Assembly (NCBI GenBank): GCA_030429505.1
Contig: JAUIFI010000001.1
Span: 90,001 to 122,000, forward strand
Length of the DNA stretch: 32,000 bases
Source: Candidatus Saccharimonadota bacterium
GTDB taxonomy: Bacteria; Patescibacteriota; Gracilibacteria; UBA4473
Direction: 5' to 3'
Both the position numbers and the translations under genes were made by a program. Under the pieces are notes generated by a model. The model saw only the letters and a list, made by a program, of their open reading frames with translations. It was not told where the DNA came from and did no database searches. This document shows positions 1 to 8,289 of the stretch, one piece after another (positions within the stretch are counted from its first letter, which is position 1; each line of letters begins with the position of its first letter).

Positions 1-717
1 AGAATCCTTATTTCTGGAGGAAAAGAGGCTGTTGACATTGCTTTACAAATCGCCGGAAAACTGCAAAACGTTTCTCCCGAAAAAATCCAAAAAGGTATTC
101 ACACAGACACACTCTTTTTTCCAGACAACGGAAAAAGTTTTAAAATTGATTGGTCAGATACAGCTAAAAAAGAAGAACAAGGAGAGTACGAAAACGTTCG
201 TGGGATGATCCGATGGGCACATCAAAAACCATGCGAAGGAGAGTGGCGTATTGTGATTCTCGAAGGACTTGAACGCCTCTCGCGAGAGGCTCCTCACGCA
301 TGCTTGAAATTAATCGAAGAACCACCGTTAAAAACTATTTTTCTTTTTACCACCAGAAACCATCATCATCACCGTCTCCTCGACACCATTATATCCCGTC
401 TTACGCTGGTTCGACTTCCCAAGCAAAATTCACAAGAAGAAATTTCCTCCGATATACAAACTTTTTTTGCCAGCTCGAATCTCATTGAAAAATTTAAAAC
501 CATCGAATCATTAGATAAAGCTTCAAAAGATAATAAAGACAAAAAAATAAACCGTCAGGTCTTCTTTGATTTTCTCAATGAAAGCATGAACTACGCTCGA
601 ATCACTCCACGCTACCATAACCACCTAGAACAGATTCTTGAAACTCATGAAGCTATGAGCCAAAATATCAATCCAAGATTTGCCTTGGAGCGACTCGCAC
701 TAAAAGTAGCCCAATAA
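1..717 (+). CDS. holB: DNA polymerase III delta-prime subunit (clamp loader), 5'-partial
   Basis: Frame 1 is open from base 1 (no stop before the listed ATG at 205), so the CDS enters from upstream of the window. LKLIEEPPLKTIFLFTT...TIISR matches the delta-prime LLKxLEEPP / T-I-x-SR box pattern. Confidence 0.8.
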   Translation, partial: RILISGGKEAVDIALQIAGKLQNVSPEKIQKGIHTDTLFFPDNGKSFKIDWSDTAKKEEQGEYENVRGMIRWAHQKPCEGEWRIVILEGLERLSREAPHACLKLIEEPPLKTIFLFTTRNHHHHRLLDTIISRLTLVRLPKQNSQEEISSDIQTFFASSNLIEKFKTIESLDKASKDNKDKKINRQVFFDFLNESMNYARITPRYHNHLEQILETHEAMSQNINPRFALERLALKVAQ

Positions 718-779
718 AAGAGAATCAAAACTTTATTTTACACACCAAGGCAAAAAGAGTATTTTCCTCCTGAAAAATC

Positions 780-1628
780 ATGAAAATTTATAACGATGTG
801 CTTCGTCGTATTATGGAAAAAGGAGATGATCGTAAAGCTCGAAATGGGCAAATTCGCTCACTTTTTACGATACAAATGCGATTTGATATGGAAAAAGGTT
901 TTCCAGCTGTCACTACAAAAAAACTCGCCTTTCGTACCATGGCTGCTGAACTTTTTTGGTTTATGTCTGGATATTCTGACAATAAAGAATTGCAACGACT
1001 AGGTTGTCATATATGGGATGGGAATGCTGAAGCTGATTACTGGAAATCCAAAGCGAAGTTTGACGGTGATTTGGGACGTATTTACGGTGTCCAATGGCGA
1101 GATTGGCACGGTCCCAACGGAAAAATAGTCGACCAACTTGCTCAGGTCATAGAAACTATTCAAAAAGATCCTGAGAATCGACGTATGGTTGTATCTGCTT
1201 GGAATCCAGGAGAATTCGACCAAATGGCATTGCCTCCTTGTCATGTACTTTTCCAGTTTTTTGTGCACCAGGGAAAATTATCATTGCATATGTTTCAACG
1301 AAGTTGTGATATGTTTTTAGGGGTGCCTTTCAATATAGCTTCCTACGCTTTACTCCTCTCTATCGTGGCACAAATCACGGGACTCAAGCCCGGCGAGACC
1401 ATTCTTACGTTAGGGGATGCTCATATATATTACGAGCATTTTGATGCTGTGAAGGAACAGTTAAATCGAGAACCTTACCCCCTTCCCAAACTTTGGCTCA
1501 ATCCTGACATCACATCGCTAGAAGACATAGATACCAAAAAACTCAAAGAACCAAATGATATTTATAAACTTGCGAAACTCGTAGACTACCAGTATCACCC
1601 AAGCATCAAAGCAAAAATGCTCGTCTAA
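780..1628 (+). CDS. thyA: thymidylate synthase (ThyA type)
   Basis: 282 aa. Hallmarks: RSLFTIQMRFD, TKKLAFR, active-site ALPPCHVLFQF, QRSCDMFLGVPFNIASYALL. Confidence 0.95.
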   Translation: MKIYNDVLRRIMEKGDDRKARNGQIRSLFTIQMRFDMEKGFPAVTTKKLAFRTMAAELFWFMSGYSDNKELQRLGCHIWDGNAEADYWKSKAKFDGDLGRIYGVQWRDWHGPNGKIVDQLAQVIETIQKDPENRRMVVSAWNPGEFDQMALPPCHVLFQFFVHQGKLSLHMFQRSCDMFLGVPFNIASYALLLSIVAQITGLKPGETILTLGDAHIYYEHFDAVKEQLNREPYPLPKLWLNPDITSLEDIDTKKLKEPNDIYKLAKLVDYQYHPSIKAKMLV

Positions 1629-1669
1629 AACATTGAAATTTTTTTTCACTTCCGCTACGTTCCCCCTAC

Positions 1670-2350
1670 ATGGCCTTATCAGACAAAATCATTCTTGAAG
1701 AAAAAGAAAAAGGAAATATTATCATTCATCCCTTCAAGAGGCAGAACCTCGCTACTTCAAGCTATGATGTGAGCTTGGGGGAGTTTTATTTTCGAGAACA
1801 AGAACCAAAATACTATCACAACATTTATAATATCTACAACAAAAGCCACACAGATCACGTTTGGGGTACTGATTACTCTCAGGCAGAACCAGCCAGTGAA
1901 GTTTTTCAAAAATACAAATTCAGCTATAAAGGTATCAGTGAAGATGATAAAGTGATCCTTCTTCGACCAGGAGAAACTATTCTCGCCCATACTCAAGAAT
2001 TTATCGGCGGTCGAAATCACATCACTACTATGATGAAAGCGCGTTCATCTATGGGAAGAAATTTTATTGAAGTCTGTAAATGTGCTGGATGGGGAGATGT
2101 CGGATATACCAATCGTTGGACAATGGAAATCACGAATAATTCCAAACACTACGCTATTCCACTCGTAGTCGGACGACGCATTGCCCAAATTATTTTCTTT
2201 CATACAGGAGATATTCTCGAACGAGATAAAAATTACACTCTCAAAGGTAAATACGCCACTACTGAAGACATTGAACAAATGAAGCAAGACTGGAGTCCTA
2301 GTATGATGTTACCGAAGCTCTACAATGACTTTGAGATTCAATCAAAATAG
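1670..2350 (+). CDS. dcd: dCTP deaminase family protein (Dcd / dUTPase fold)
   Basis: 226 aa. Motifs SYDVSLG, PGETILAHT, KARSSMGR, GWGDVGY...WTMEITN (catalytic Glu context). Longer than typical Dcd because of an insertion around residues 45-85. Confidence 0.85.
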   Translation: MALSDKIILEEKEKGNIIIHPFKRQNLATSSYDVSLGEFYFREQEPKYYHNIYNIYNKSHTDHVWGTDYSQAEPASEVFQKYKFSYKGISEDDKVILLRPGETILAHTQEFIGGRNHITTMMKARSSMGRNFIEVCKCAGWGDVGYTNRWTMEITNNSKHYAIPLVVGRRIAQIIFFHTGDILERDKNYTLKGKYATTEDIEQMKQDWSPSMMLPKLYNDFEIQSK

Positions 2351-2454
2351 AAAAGATTGAAGTAAATAAGTGGATATTGTATTTGACATATTTTTTTTAT
2401 GAGCTACAAGTGGAATAGCACGGAAGTTTGTATAGAAGTTTTACAATTCAGTGT

Positions 2455-2598
2455 GTGTTAAACGAGGGATGTCATATTGGGTGGTGCACATCGATATGAC
2501 ATCCCAAATTTTCGTTCACTAACACCTTGAAAAATAGAGTGTTAGAGTGGACCTTAGTTCCGGAAGCAGTGTCTGACCAACCTGTTTCCGGGCTTTTT
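2455..2598 (+). ncRNA. candidate structured RNA (independent sRNA or dcd 3' UTR): three consecutive stem-loops
   Basis: Perfect 12-bp stem 2466-2477/2494-2505 (GGGATGTCATAT/ATATGACATCCC), extended by AACGA/TCGTT and GTGTTA/TAACAC. Second hairpin CTAACAC/GTGTTAG at 2519-2525/2539-2545. Third is a terminator hairpin. No matching known RNA family recognised. Confidence 0.3.
2560..2598 (+). terminator. intrinsic terminator (plus strand)
   Basis: 10-bp stem CCGGAAGCAG/CTGTTTCCGG (one G-U), 12-nt loop, then GC-TTTTT at 2592-2598. Confidence 0.6.
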
Positions 2599-2616
2599 AC
2601 AAATAAAAAAATAAAA

Positions 2617-3633
2617 TCATATCTCCAAACGAGCATTTGAATCCAAGAATTGGACCTGCCCGATTGATGGATTTTCTCGTATCAAAAAATATGCTGCCGA
2701 GGCGATCATCGCTGCATTATCCGTTGAATAGTCAAACTTGGCAGTAGTAAAGAATTGCTTTTGATATTTTTTACACAGTTCTTGAAAAGATTCTCTCAAC
2801 TGCTTATTCGCCGATACCCCTCCCACAAAATGAAGTGCCTTACTGCTCGGAAATTTCTCAAATGCTCTCTGAATTTTTTTCAAAAAAGTATCGATCACAC
2901 ACTGCTGAAAACTGGCACAGACATCAGCTATAAAAGTTTCATCAGAAGCGTTATCTCTTTCTTGAATCAAACGGTATACAGCTGCTTTCAGCCCAGAAAA
3001 AGAAAAATCCAATGAATCTTTTTCGAGGAATACCCGAGGGAGAAGATATTTGTGACCATCTCCTTTTTCTGCCCATTGACTGACAATAGGACCTCCCGGA
3101 TATCCGAGTCCGAGCATTTTTGCCACTTTATCAAACGCCTCTCCTGCCGCATCATCACGTGTCTGTCCAACCAAAGTGTGTTTGAGGAAACTCTCGCATC
3201 GATACAGATTCGTGTGACCACCAGACACGGTCAAAGTCAGTACTGGAAAATCAAATTCACGTACTTCTCGTTCCAAAACTGGTGAGCAGATGTGTCCCAA
3301 AATATGATGGACCGGAATCACTGGCTTTTCATATAAAAGCGATAAAAAACTTGCTGCAGTCGTTCCGTTTAAAAGAGAGGTTTGAAGCCCCGGACCTTGT
3401 GTCACCGCCAGATAATCAATGTCTGAAATAGTACATTGTGCTTTTACTAGGCATGATTCAAAAACCTCTCGCCACCTCTCCGCATGAAGCCGCGCGGCGA
3501 TTTCTGGCACCACCCCTCCATATTCAGTATGTTCGATTTGTGATTGTTTTATATTGGCTAATACTTTTGTGCCATCTTTCACGATCGCCACACTAGTGTC
3601 ATCACACGAAGTCTCAAAAGCCAGAATTTTCAT
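2617..3633 (-). CDS. tsaD: tRNA N6-adenosine threonylcarbamoyltransferase TsaD (Kae1/Gcp family)
   Basis: 338 aa. MKILAFETSCDDTSVAIV N-terminus, metal-binding HHILGH, GGVSAN near the C-terminus. Confidence 0.95.
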   Translation of the reverse strand: MKILAFETSCDDTSVAIVKDGTKVLANIKQSQIEHTEYGGVVPEIAARLHAERWREVFESCLVKAQCTISDIDYLAVTQGPGLQTSLLNGTTAASFLSLLYEKPVIPVHHILGHICSPVLEREVREFDFPVLTLTVSGGHTNLYRCESFLKHTLVGQTRDDAAGEAFDKVAKMLGLGYPGGPIVSQWAEKGDGHKYLLPRVFLEKDSLDFSFSGLKAAVYRLIQERDNASDETFIADVCASFQQCVIDTFLKKIQRAFEKFPSSKALHFVGGVSANKQLRESFQELCKKYQKQFFTTAKFDYSTDNAAMIASAAYFLIRENPSIGQVQFLDSNARLEI

Positions 3634-3670
3634 AACATTTTTATTTGTAGAGGGAATGAGGCATTTTGTA

Positions 3671-3713
3671 AAAAAAGAAAAAGAAAAAAACCGTCGCTTA
3701 TGATGGAGCGACG
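3671..3713 (-). terminator. intrinsic terminator of the 3752..4183 gene
   Basis: Minus strand reads CCGTCGCT-ccatcata-AGCGACGG followed by TTTTTTTCTTTTTCTTTTT. Confidence 0.75.
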
Positions 3714-3751
3714 GTCTAAAGAACCCTATGTTAGAAAGATCAAGGTTAAAA

Positions 3752-4183
3752 TTATCGATAGATAGTTAACCTAGGCTCTCCGTTTAATTCGTGGGGTTCA
3801 ATGTGTATACTAGTAGAGTGCTTATAACTGGTTTTAATATCAGGAATGTAGACAACCTTCATTTCAACGAAATTACCGGTTGATTCGACAAAGTAGATAT
3901 AGTCATGAAGGAGGTCATAATAAGCAGTCGTGTCAGTCGTAAAAAACTTATAATGACAATCAGCCGAATCCATAATCATTTCAAATTTCTCTAAATCATT
4001 CTTATTCAGTCGGTACTGAACGAGTCTTTGTGTTTCTGGATTGATAGGACATGAGGAATTAATAACGACTGTTTGTACACGTAGATTACCCCAATACCGA
4101 TTTTGCATTTGCGGATTACAACTCATAAGAGCAAGAAAACACAAAACTATCACTCCCCAAACAATGAATTTACGCTGATACAT
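3752..4183 (-). CDS. hypothetical lipoprotein
   Basis: 143 aa. N-terminal hydrophobic segment ending in a lipobox-like ALMSC. GAGGT Shine-Dalgarno 6 nt upstream of the ATG. Own terminator. No recognisable domain. Confidence 0.6.
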   Translation of the reverse strand: MYQRKFIVWGVIVLCFLALMSCNPQMQNRYWGNLRVQTVVINSSCPINPETQRLVQYRLNKNDLEKFEMIMDSADCHYKFFTTDTTAYYDLLHDYIYFVESTGNFVEMKVVYIPDIKTSYKHSTSIHIEPHELNGEPRLTIYR

Positions 4184-4337
4184 ACAATTACCTCAAGTAT
4201 AATTTAACGGGTATAGAGAATATATGAATAGTATTTATTGACCTGATGTATGAGCAGAAATGCTATTTTGTTTTTAGTATTCAACGTCAAAACAGCACGA
4301 TGCCCACACAGAATTTTTTTATCAAAGAACGACATAC

Positions 4338-4365
4338 TCATTAACACTTTACATAAAATTGTCAA
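4338..4365 (-). promoter_or_regulatory. candidate sigma70-type promoter for the lipoprotein gene
   Basis: Minus strand TTGACA (4365-4360), 16-nt spacer, TAATGA (4343-4338). Implies a leader of about 150 nt, so uncertain. Confidence 0.35.
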
Positions 4366-4392
4366 TTAAAATAAAATGAAAATACATCTATA

Positions 4393-4426
4393 GCGAAAAC
4401 CCGTACAGTCCGAAGACCATACGGGT
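4393..4426 (-). terminator. candidate intrinsic terminator of the 4536..5249 gene
   Basis: Minus strand ACCCGTATGGTC-TTCG-GACTGTACGGGT (imperfect 12-bp stem, TTCG tetraloop) followed by a short TTTCGCTAT tract. Confidence 0.45.
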
Positions 4427-4535
4427 GTTGTGGTGGTTGCAAGGTGGAAAAAATTTTCTTCCTTATCAACACCAGCTTCTCGAACCGTAACTAAGTCTCT
4501 TATTGCCCGAAGCTTATGCTCGTGGAGACATATGG

Positions 4536-5249
4536 TCAAACGTGCGATTTGCGACCATCCTCTGTTCTTGTGAGAGCGTGGCTACCTCTCGCGCCCACTG
4601 TAGTGGTTATTGAAGAAGGTAAGCCGAAATCAATAACCAGAGGAGCTTTCCATTGAAAAAATGTCGCATCATCGCCGCTGAAAACGTTACTGCCAGTCCG
4701 AATCGTAAGACTCGGACTAAGCGTAAATGGAAGAATGAAATGATCCTTCCATTTGGAAGTGTATGTCAGAGCGAACAAAGTGCCGACTTTATCACTCCCG
4801 TTGGGATTCAAAATCTGTATTTGGGCGTTAAAGTTAGAAAAACTAACTACGCCCTTGAAAGACAGAATATGACTTTCCCAATTTCCAACTTTTTCATCAC
4901 CGACAATATCGTACAAGGCCGCCTCTATGGTAGCTTGTACTTCATCTGCTGAATCCAGGGGCGTCTTCACCGAAACCCAGTAGTCAGCTTCTATTGCCTC
5001 CAGCTTCCCCTTGGATCCATTGAGATAACTTTCAAGTCCCAATGCCCCCCAAACGCCTGCGTTTAAATGTATATTGCTTGGCAGGTCAAAGGTAGCGTCA
5101 AAAGAAACACTGGTATACCGGTCATCGACTTTATTTCCAGTTGAAACGACATACATTTCACTGTAGCCAACACCGACATTATACGTTTGCGCATCAGCAG
5201 CTACCGATGCTACCAATGTAATGAGCAGACAGAACAATAAGCTTTTCAT
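4536..5249 (-). CDS. secreted beta-rich protein, porin-like (TorF/Gcw_chp-like pattern)
   Basis: 237 aa. Sec signal peptide MKSLLFCLLITLVASVAADA/Q. Alternating hydrophobic beta-strand pattern throughout (YNVGVGYSEMYVV, IHLNAGVWGALGL, EADYWVSV). GAGGT SD 8 nt upstream. Confidence 0.6.
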   Translation of the reverse strand: MKSLLFCLLITLVASVAADAQTYNVGVGYSEMYVVSTGNKVDDRYTSVSFDATFDLPSNIHLNAGVWGALGLESYLNGSKGKLEAIEADYWVSVKTPLDSADEVQATIEAALYDIVGDEKVGNWESHILSFKGVVSFSNFNAQIQILNPNGSDKVGTLFALTYTSKWKDHFILPFTLSPSLTIRTGSNVFSGDDATFFQWKAPLVIDFGLPSSITTTVGARGSHALTRTEDGRKSHV

Positions 5250-5305
5250 GAGTGATTACCTCATAATTTGTGAAACTTAGACGAGATTTAAAAGAAACTA
5301 ATTGT

Positions 5306-5334
5306 TTTATAAAATAAAAATAAAAAAATGTCAA
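5306..5334 (-). promoter_or_regulatory. candidate promoter of the 4536..5249 gene
   Basis: Minus strand TTGACA (5334-5329), 17-nt T-rich spacer, TATAAA (5311-5306). Confidence 0.5.
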
Positions 5335-5490
5335 TTAAATTTGTATGAAAAATGAAAACATATTCCCTCAAATTGCCTATCACAAAACAAAAAAAGGTAT
5401 TTAGAGAACCACAGAAAAGCAGGAATTTTTTGCCAACTATTTGCTTTCCTGTTACATTTCCGCACAATTTGTGTAAAATCATATTTTGAA

Positions 5491-7812
5491 ATGACGAAAA
5501 ACGTTGTGATCGTGGAATCTCCTGCCAAAGCCAAGACTATCGAGAAATTTCTCGGCAAAGACTTTACCGTAACCTCTAGCTTTGGACATATCCGAGACCT
5601 CCCGAGAAAACAAATGGCTATCGATATCGAAAATGGGTTTGCCCCTACCTACGAAATCAGCGAAGAAAAGCAAAAAACAGTCTCAGAGCTCAAAAAACTA
5701 ACGAAAAAAACAGATATTGTCTGGCTCGCGACTGATGAAGACAGAGAAGGAGAAGCGATTGCCTGGCACTTAGCAGTTGCATTAAATTTAGACAAGAAAA
5801 AAACCAAAAGAATCGCTTTTCACGAAATCACCAAACCTGCGGTCCTCAAAGCTATCGAAAATCCTCGAACTATTAACCAGCCCTTAGTGGACGCGCAGCA
5901 AGCTCGCCGAGTGCTTGATCGATTAGTTGGTTACGAATTGTCTCCAGTCCTCTGGAAAAAGGTTCGAACCGGACTATCTGCAGGAAGAGTTCAGTCTGTG
6001 GCTGTTCGTCTTATTGTCGAGAGAGAAAGGGAAATTGATCAATTCAATGCTCAATCCAGTTTCAAAGTTACTGCTGAATTTGATCTGGGCAAGGGCAAGG
6101 TTCTGCAAGCTACTTTAAAAGATAAATTTCCCACCGAAAAAGATGCTCACGCTTGGCTCAAAAAAGTCATTGGAGCTGAATTTAAAGTAGCAGACTTGCA
6201 AACAAAGCCTGCCAAAAAGTCCCCGGCACCTCCATTTACTACCTCAACACTCCAACAAGAAGCCAGTCGAAAACTCGGCTTTTCCGTGAAGCAAACCATG
6301 GTCGTCGCCCAAAAGCTCTATGAATCAGGAAAAATTACCTATATGCGTACCGATTCGGTGAATTTATCAGAAACAGCTATCTCACAAGCTTCTAAAGCCA
6401 TTACTGATCATTACGGTTCAGAATTTCTCCAAACCAGACGATACAAAACCAAAACTACCGGTGCCCAAGAAGCACATGAAGCCATCCGACCAACAGACTT
6501 TTCCAATCACACTGTAAAAGGAGATAATGGACAGACAAAGCTTTATGAACTCATCTGGAAGCGTGCTATCGCCTCACAAATGGCAGACGCTGCTTTAGAA
6601 AAAACAGTTGCTACTATCTCTATTTCCACTGTTCCCGAAACCTTAGAGGCACACGGAGAAGTTATTAAATTTGAAGGATTTCTAAAAGTCTATCTAGAAG
6701 GAAAAGATGACCAAGATGATGAAGAAAACGGAAAAATCCTTCCCCCACTAAAAATAGGGCAAGAGCTCAAACTTGACTATGTCATGGCACGAGAAGTCTT
6801 TACCCGCCCTCCAGCCAGATACACCGAAGCAAGCTTAGTTAAAAAAATGGAAGAAATGGGGATTGGTCGTCCTTCTACTTACGCACCTACTATTTCCACC
6901 ATCCAGGATCGAGGCTATATCGAAAAGACCGATAAAGAAGGTGTAGAAAGAAAATATCTCACCCTGATACTCAAAAAAGACAAAATCAGTACCGAAGAAA
7001 ACTCTGAAATCACCGGAGTTGAGCGAAATAAACTTTTTCCCACCGACACCGGTAGTGTCGTTAATGATTTTCTCGTCAAATATTTTTCGGACATTGTGGA
7101 CTACCATTTTACCGCCAAAGTCGAAGCAGAGTTTGATGAGATCGCTCATGGGAAAAAAGTTTGGAATACTATGATTGCTGACTTTTATACTCCCTTCCAT
7201 AAAACCGTAGAAAAATCAGAAACAGTTACTCGTGCAGAGGCCTCTCATGCTCGAGAACTTGGAATTGATCCCAAAACCCAAAAACCTATCTTTGCCAAAA
7301 TCGGACGATACGGGGCTATGCTTCAGCTCGGAAGTACGGAATCAGAAGAAAAACCTCGCTTCGCGCCCATGCCAGAAGGAAAAAAACTGGATACCGTGAC
7401 ACTAGAGGAAGCTTTGCCACTCTTTGATTTACCCAGAGTGCTAGGAAAAGATTCGGAAGGCGGAGAAGTCATTGCACAAATTGGACGTTTTGGACCTTAC
7501 GTCAAAGCAGAAGGGGTCTTTGCTTCTATTAACCACGATCAGCTTTTCTCAATAAAACTCAAAGAAGCTCTCGAGCTCATTAAAGATAAGAAAGAACAAG
7601 CCGCAAAAAAAATCATTCATGATTTTACTAAAGAAGGCATTCAGGTTCTCAATGGTCGCTATGGTCCGTACATAACCGATGGGAAAAAGAACGCCAAAAT
7701 ACCCAAAGACACTGCGCCGGAGAAACTAACCGTTGCGGAATGCCAAAAGATACTTGAGGAAGCTCCTTCAAAAGCAAAAAGACAGTTTACAAAGAAAAAA
7801 ACTAAAAAGTAA
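5491..7812 (+). CDS. topA: DNA topoisomerase I
   Basis: 773 aa. TOPRIM N-terminus (VVIVESPAKAKTIEKFLG, ATDEDREGEAIAWH), active-site region ITYMRTDS. C-terminal Cys-less repeats (GRYGAMLQLG, GRFGPYVKA, GRYGPYITDG) instead of zinc ribbons. Confidence 0.95.
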   Translation: MTKNVVIVESPAKAKTIEKFLGKDFTVTSSFGHIRDLPRKQMAIDIENGFAPTYEISEEKQKTVSELKKLTKKTDIVWLATDEDREGEAIAWHLAVALNLDKKKTKRIAFHEITKPAVLKAIENPRTINQPLVDAQQARRVLDRLVGYELSPVLWKKVRTGLSAGRVQSVAVRLIVEREREIDQFNAQSSFKVTAEFDLGKGKVLQATLKDKFPTEKDAHAWLKKVIGAEFKVADLQTKPAKKSPAPPFTTSTLQQEASRKLGFSVKQTMVVAQKLYESGKITYMRTDSVNLSETAISQASKAITDHYGSEFLQTRRYKTKTTGAQEAHEAIRPTDFSNHTVKGDNGQTKLYELIWKRAIASQMADAALEKTVATISISTVPETLEAHGEVIKFEGFLKVYLEGKDDQDDEENGKILPPLKIGQELKLDYVMAREVFTRPPARYTEASLVKKMEEMGIGRPSTYAPTISTIQDRGYIEKTDKEGVERKYLTLILKKDKISTEENSEITGVERNKLFPTDTGSVVNDFLVKYFSDIVDYHFTAKVEAEFDEIAHGKKVWNTMIADFYTPFHKTVEKSETVTRAEASHARELGIDPKTQKPIFAKIGRYGAMLQLGSTESEEKPRFAPMPEGKKLDTVTLEEALPLFDLPRVLGKDSEGGEVIAQIGRFGPYVKAEGVFASINHDQLFSIKLKEALELIKDKKEQAAKKIIHDFTKEGIQVLNGRYGPYITDGKKNAKIPKDTAPEKLTVAECQKILEEAPSKAKRQFTKKKTKK

Positions 7813-7833
7813 AGAGGGGGGAGGAAAAAAAGC

Positions 7834-7861
7834 TTGACAACAAGGTTTTCCTCGATACAAT
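7834..7861 (+). promoter_or_regulatory. candidate promoter of the infA-to-rpsI block
   Basis: TTGACA 7834-7839, 16-nt spacer, TACAAT 7856-7861. ATG of infA lies 27 nt downstream. Confidence 0.6.
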
Positions 7862-7888
7862 CCTTCAGCTTCTTTTAATTATATATGT

Positions 7889-8236
7889 ATGACCAACGAC
7901 AGTGTCATCGAAGTAGAAGGCAGGGTGACTATGAATTACCCAGGTTCTCAATTTGAAGTGGAACTAAGCACTGAAGGATTTGAGGGTCATAAACTTCGAG
8001 CACGCTTGTCAGGGAAAATGCGAATGAATTACATTCGTATAGTGCCGGGAGATAGAGTTAAAATAGAACTTTCTCCCTATAACCTAGAAGAAGGAAGGAT
8101 TGTCTTTCGATTTAAAGACACGAAACCTCATAAACCTCATGAAAGTCGTCGCATCAGTGAAATCTCTCAAACGCAGGGCGGATTGTCAAATCGTCCGACG
8201 CAAGGGGAGAATCTACGTCATCAGCAAAAATCCTAA
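7889..8236 (+). CDS. infA: translation initiation factor IF-1 with an unusual ~40-aa C-terminal extension
   Basis: Residues 1-75 align to IF-1 ([36 protein letters not shown]). No stop at the usual position, so the frame continues to 8236 and overlaps rpmJ. Confidence 0.85.
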   Translation: MTNDSVIEVEGRVTMNYPGSQFEVELSTEGFEGHKLRARLSGKMRMNYIRIVPGDRVKIELSPYNLEEGRIVFRFKDTKPHKPHESRRISEISQTQGGLSNRPTQGENLRHQQKS

Positions 8237-8276
8237 ATTCAAAGCCCGGCAAGGAAAAGCCCGGCAAAAACGATAA
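8139..8276 (+). CDS. rpmJ: 50S ribosomal protein L36, long Cys-poor (YkgO-like) type
   Basis: Hand translation gives [45 protein letters not shown] (45 aa). Sits in the canonical infA-rpmJ-rpsM position. Absent from the ORF track because it is under 60 aa. Confidence 0.8.
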   Translation: MKVVASVKSLKRRADCQIVRRKGRIYVISKNPKFKARQGKARQKR

Positions 8277-8289
8277 AATTAGATTCCTC

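Noticed and set aside
361-375. His4 run (NHHHHR) in HolB and a short direct repeat AGAAAAACCA x2 inside the 721-aa gene (about 12611-12635).
   Set aside because: These are short low-complexity coding features with no independent structure or periodicity. Not meaningful.
2383-2411. TTGACA at 2383-2388 as a promoter for the structured region after dcd.
   Set aside because: No acceptable -10 lies at 16-18 nt: ACAAGT at 17 nt, and TATGAG at only 9 nt. It is kept only as a note inside the related finding.
2555-2600. Possible SRP (4.5S) RNA, because of CCGGAAGCAG, which resembles the CCGGAAGGAAGCAGC helix-8 motif.
   Set aside because: The GGAA would not sit as a closed tetraloop. The symmetric and asymmetric loop partners (AGG/AGCA arrangement, GGUGCUGUUU-type 5' arm) are absent. 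The hairpin plus T5 is fully explained as an intrinsic terminator.
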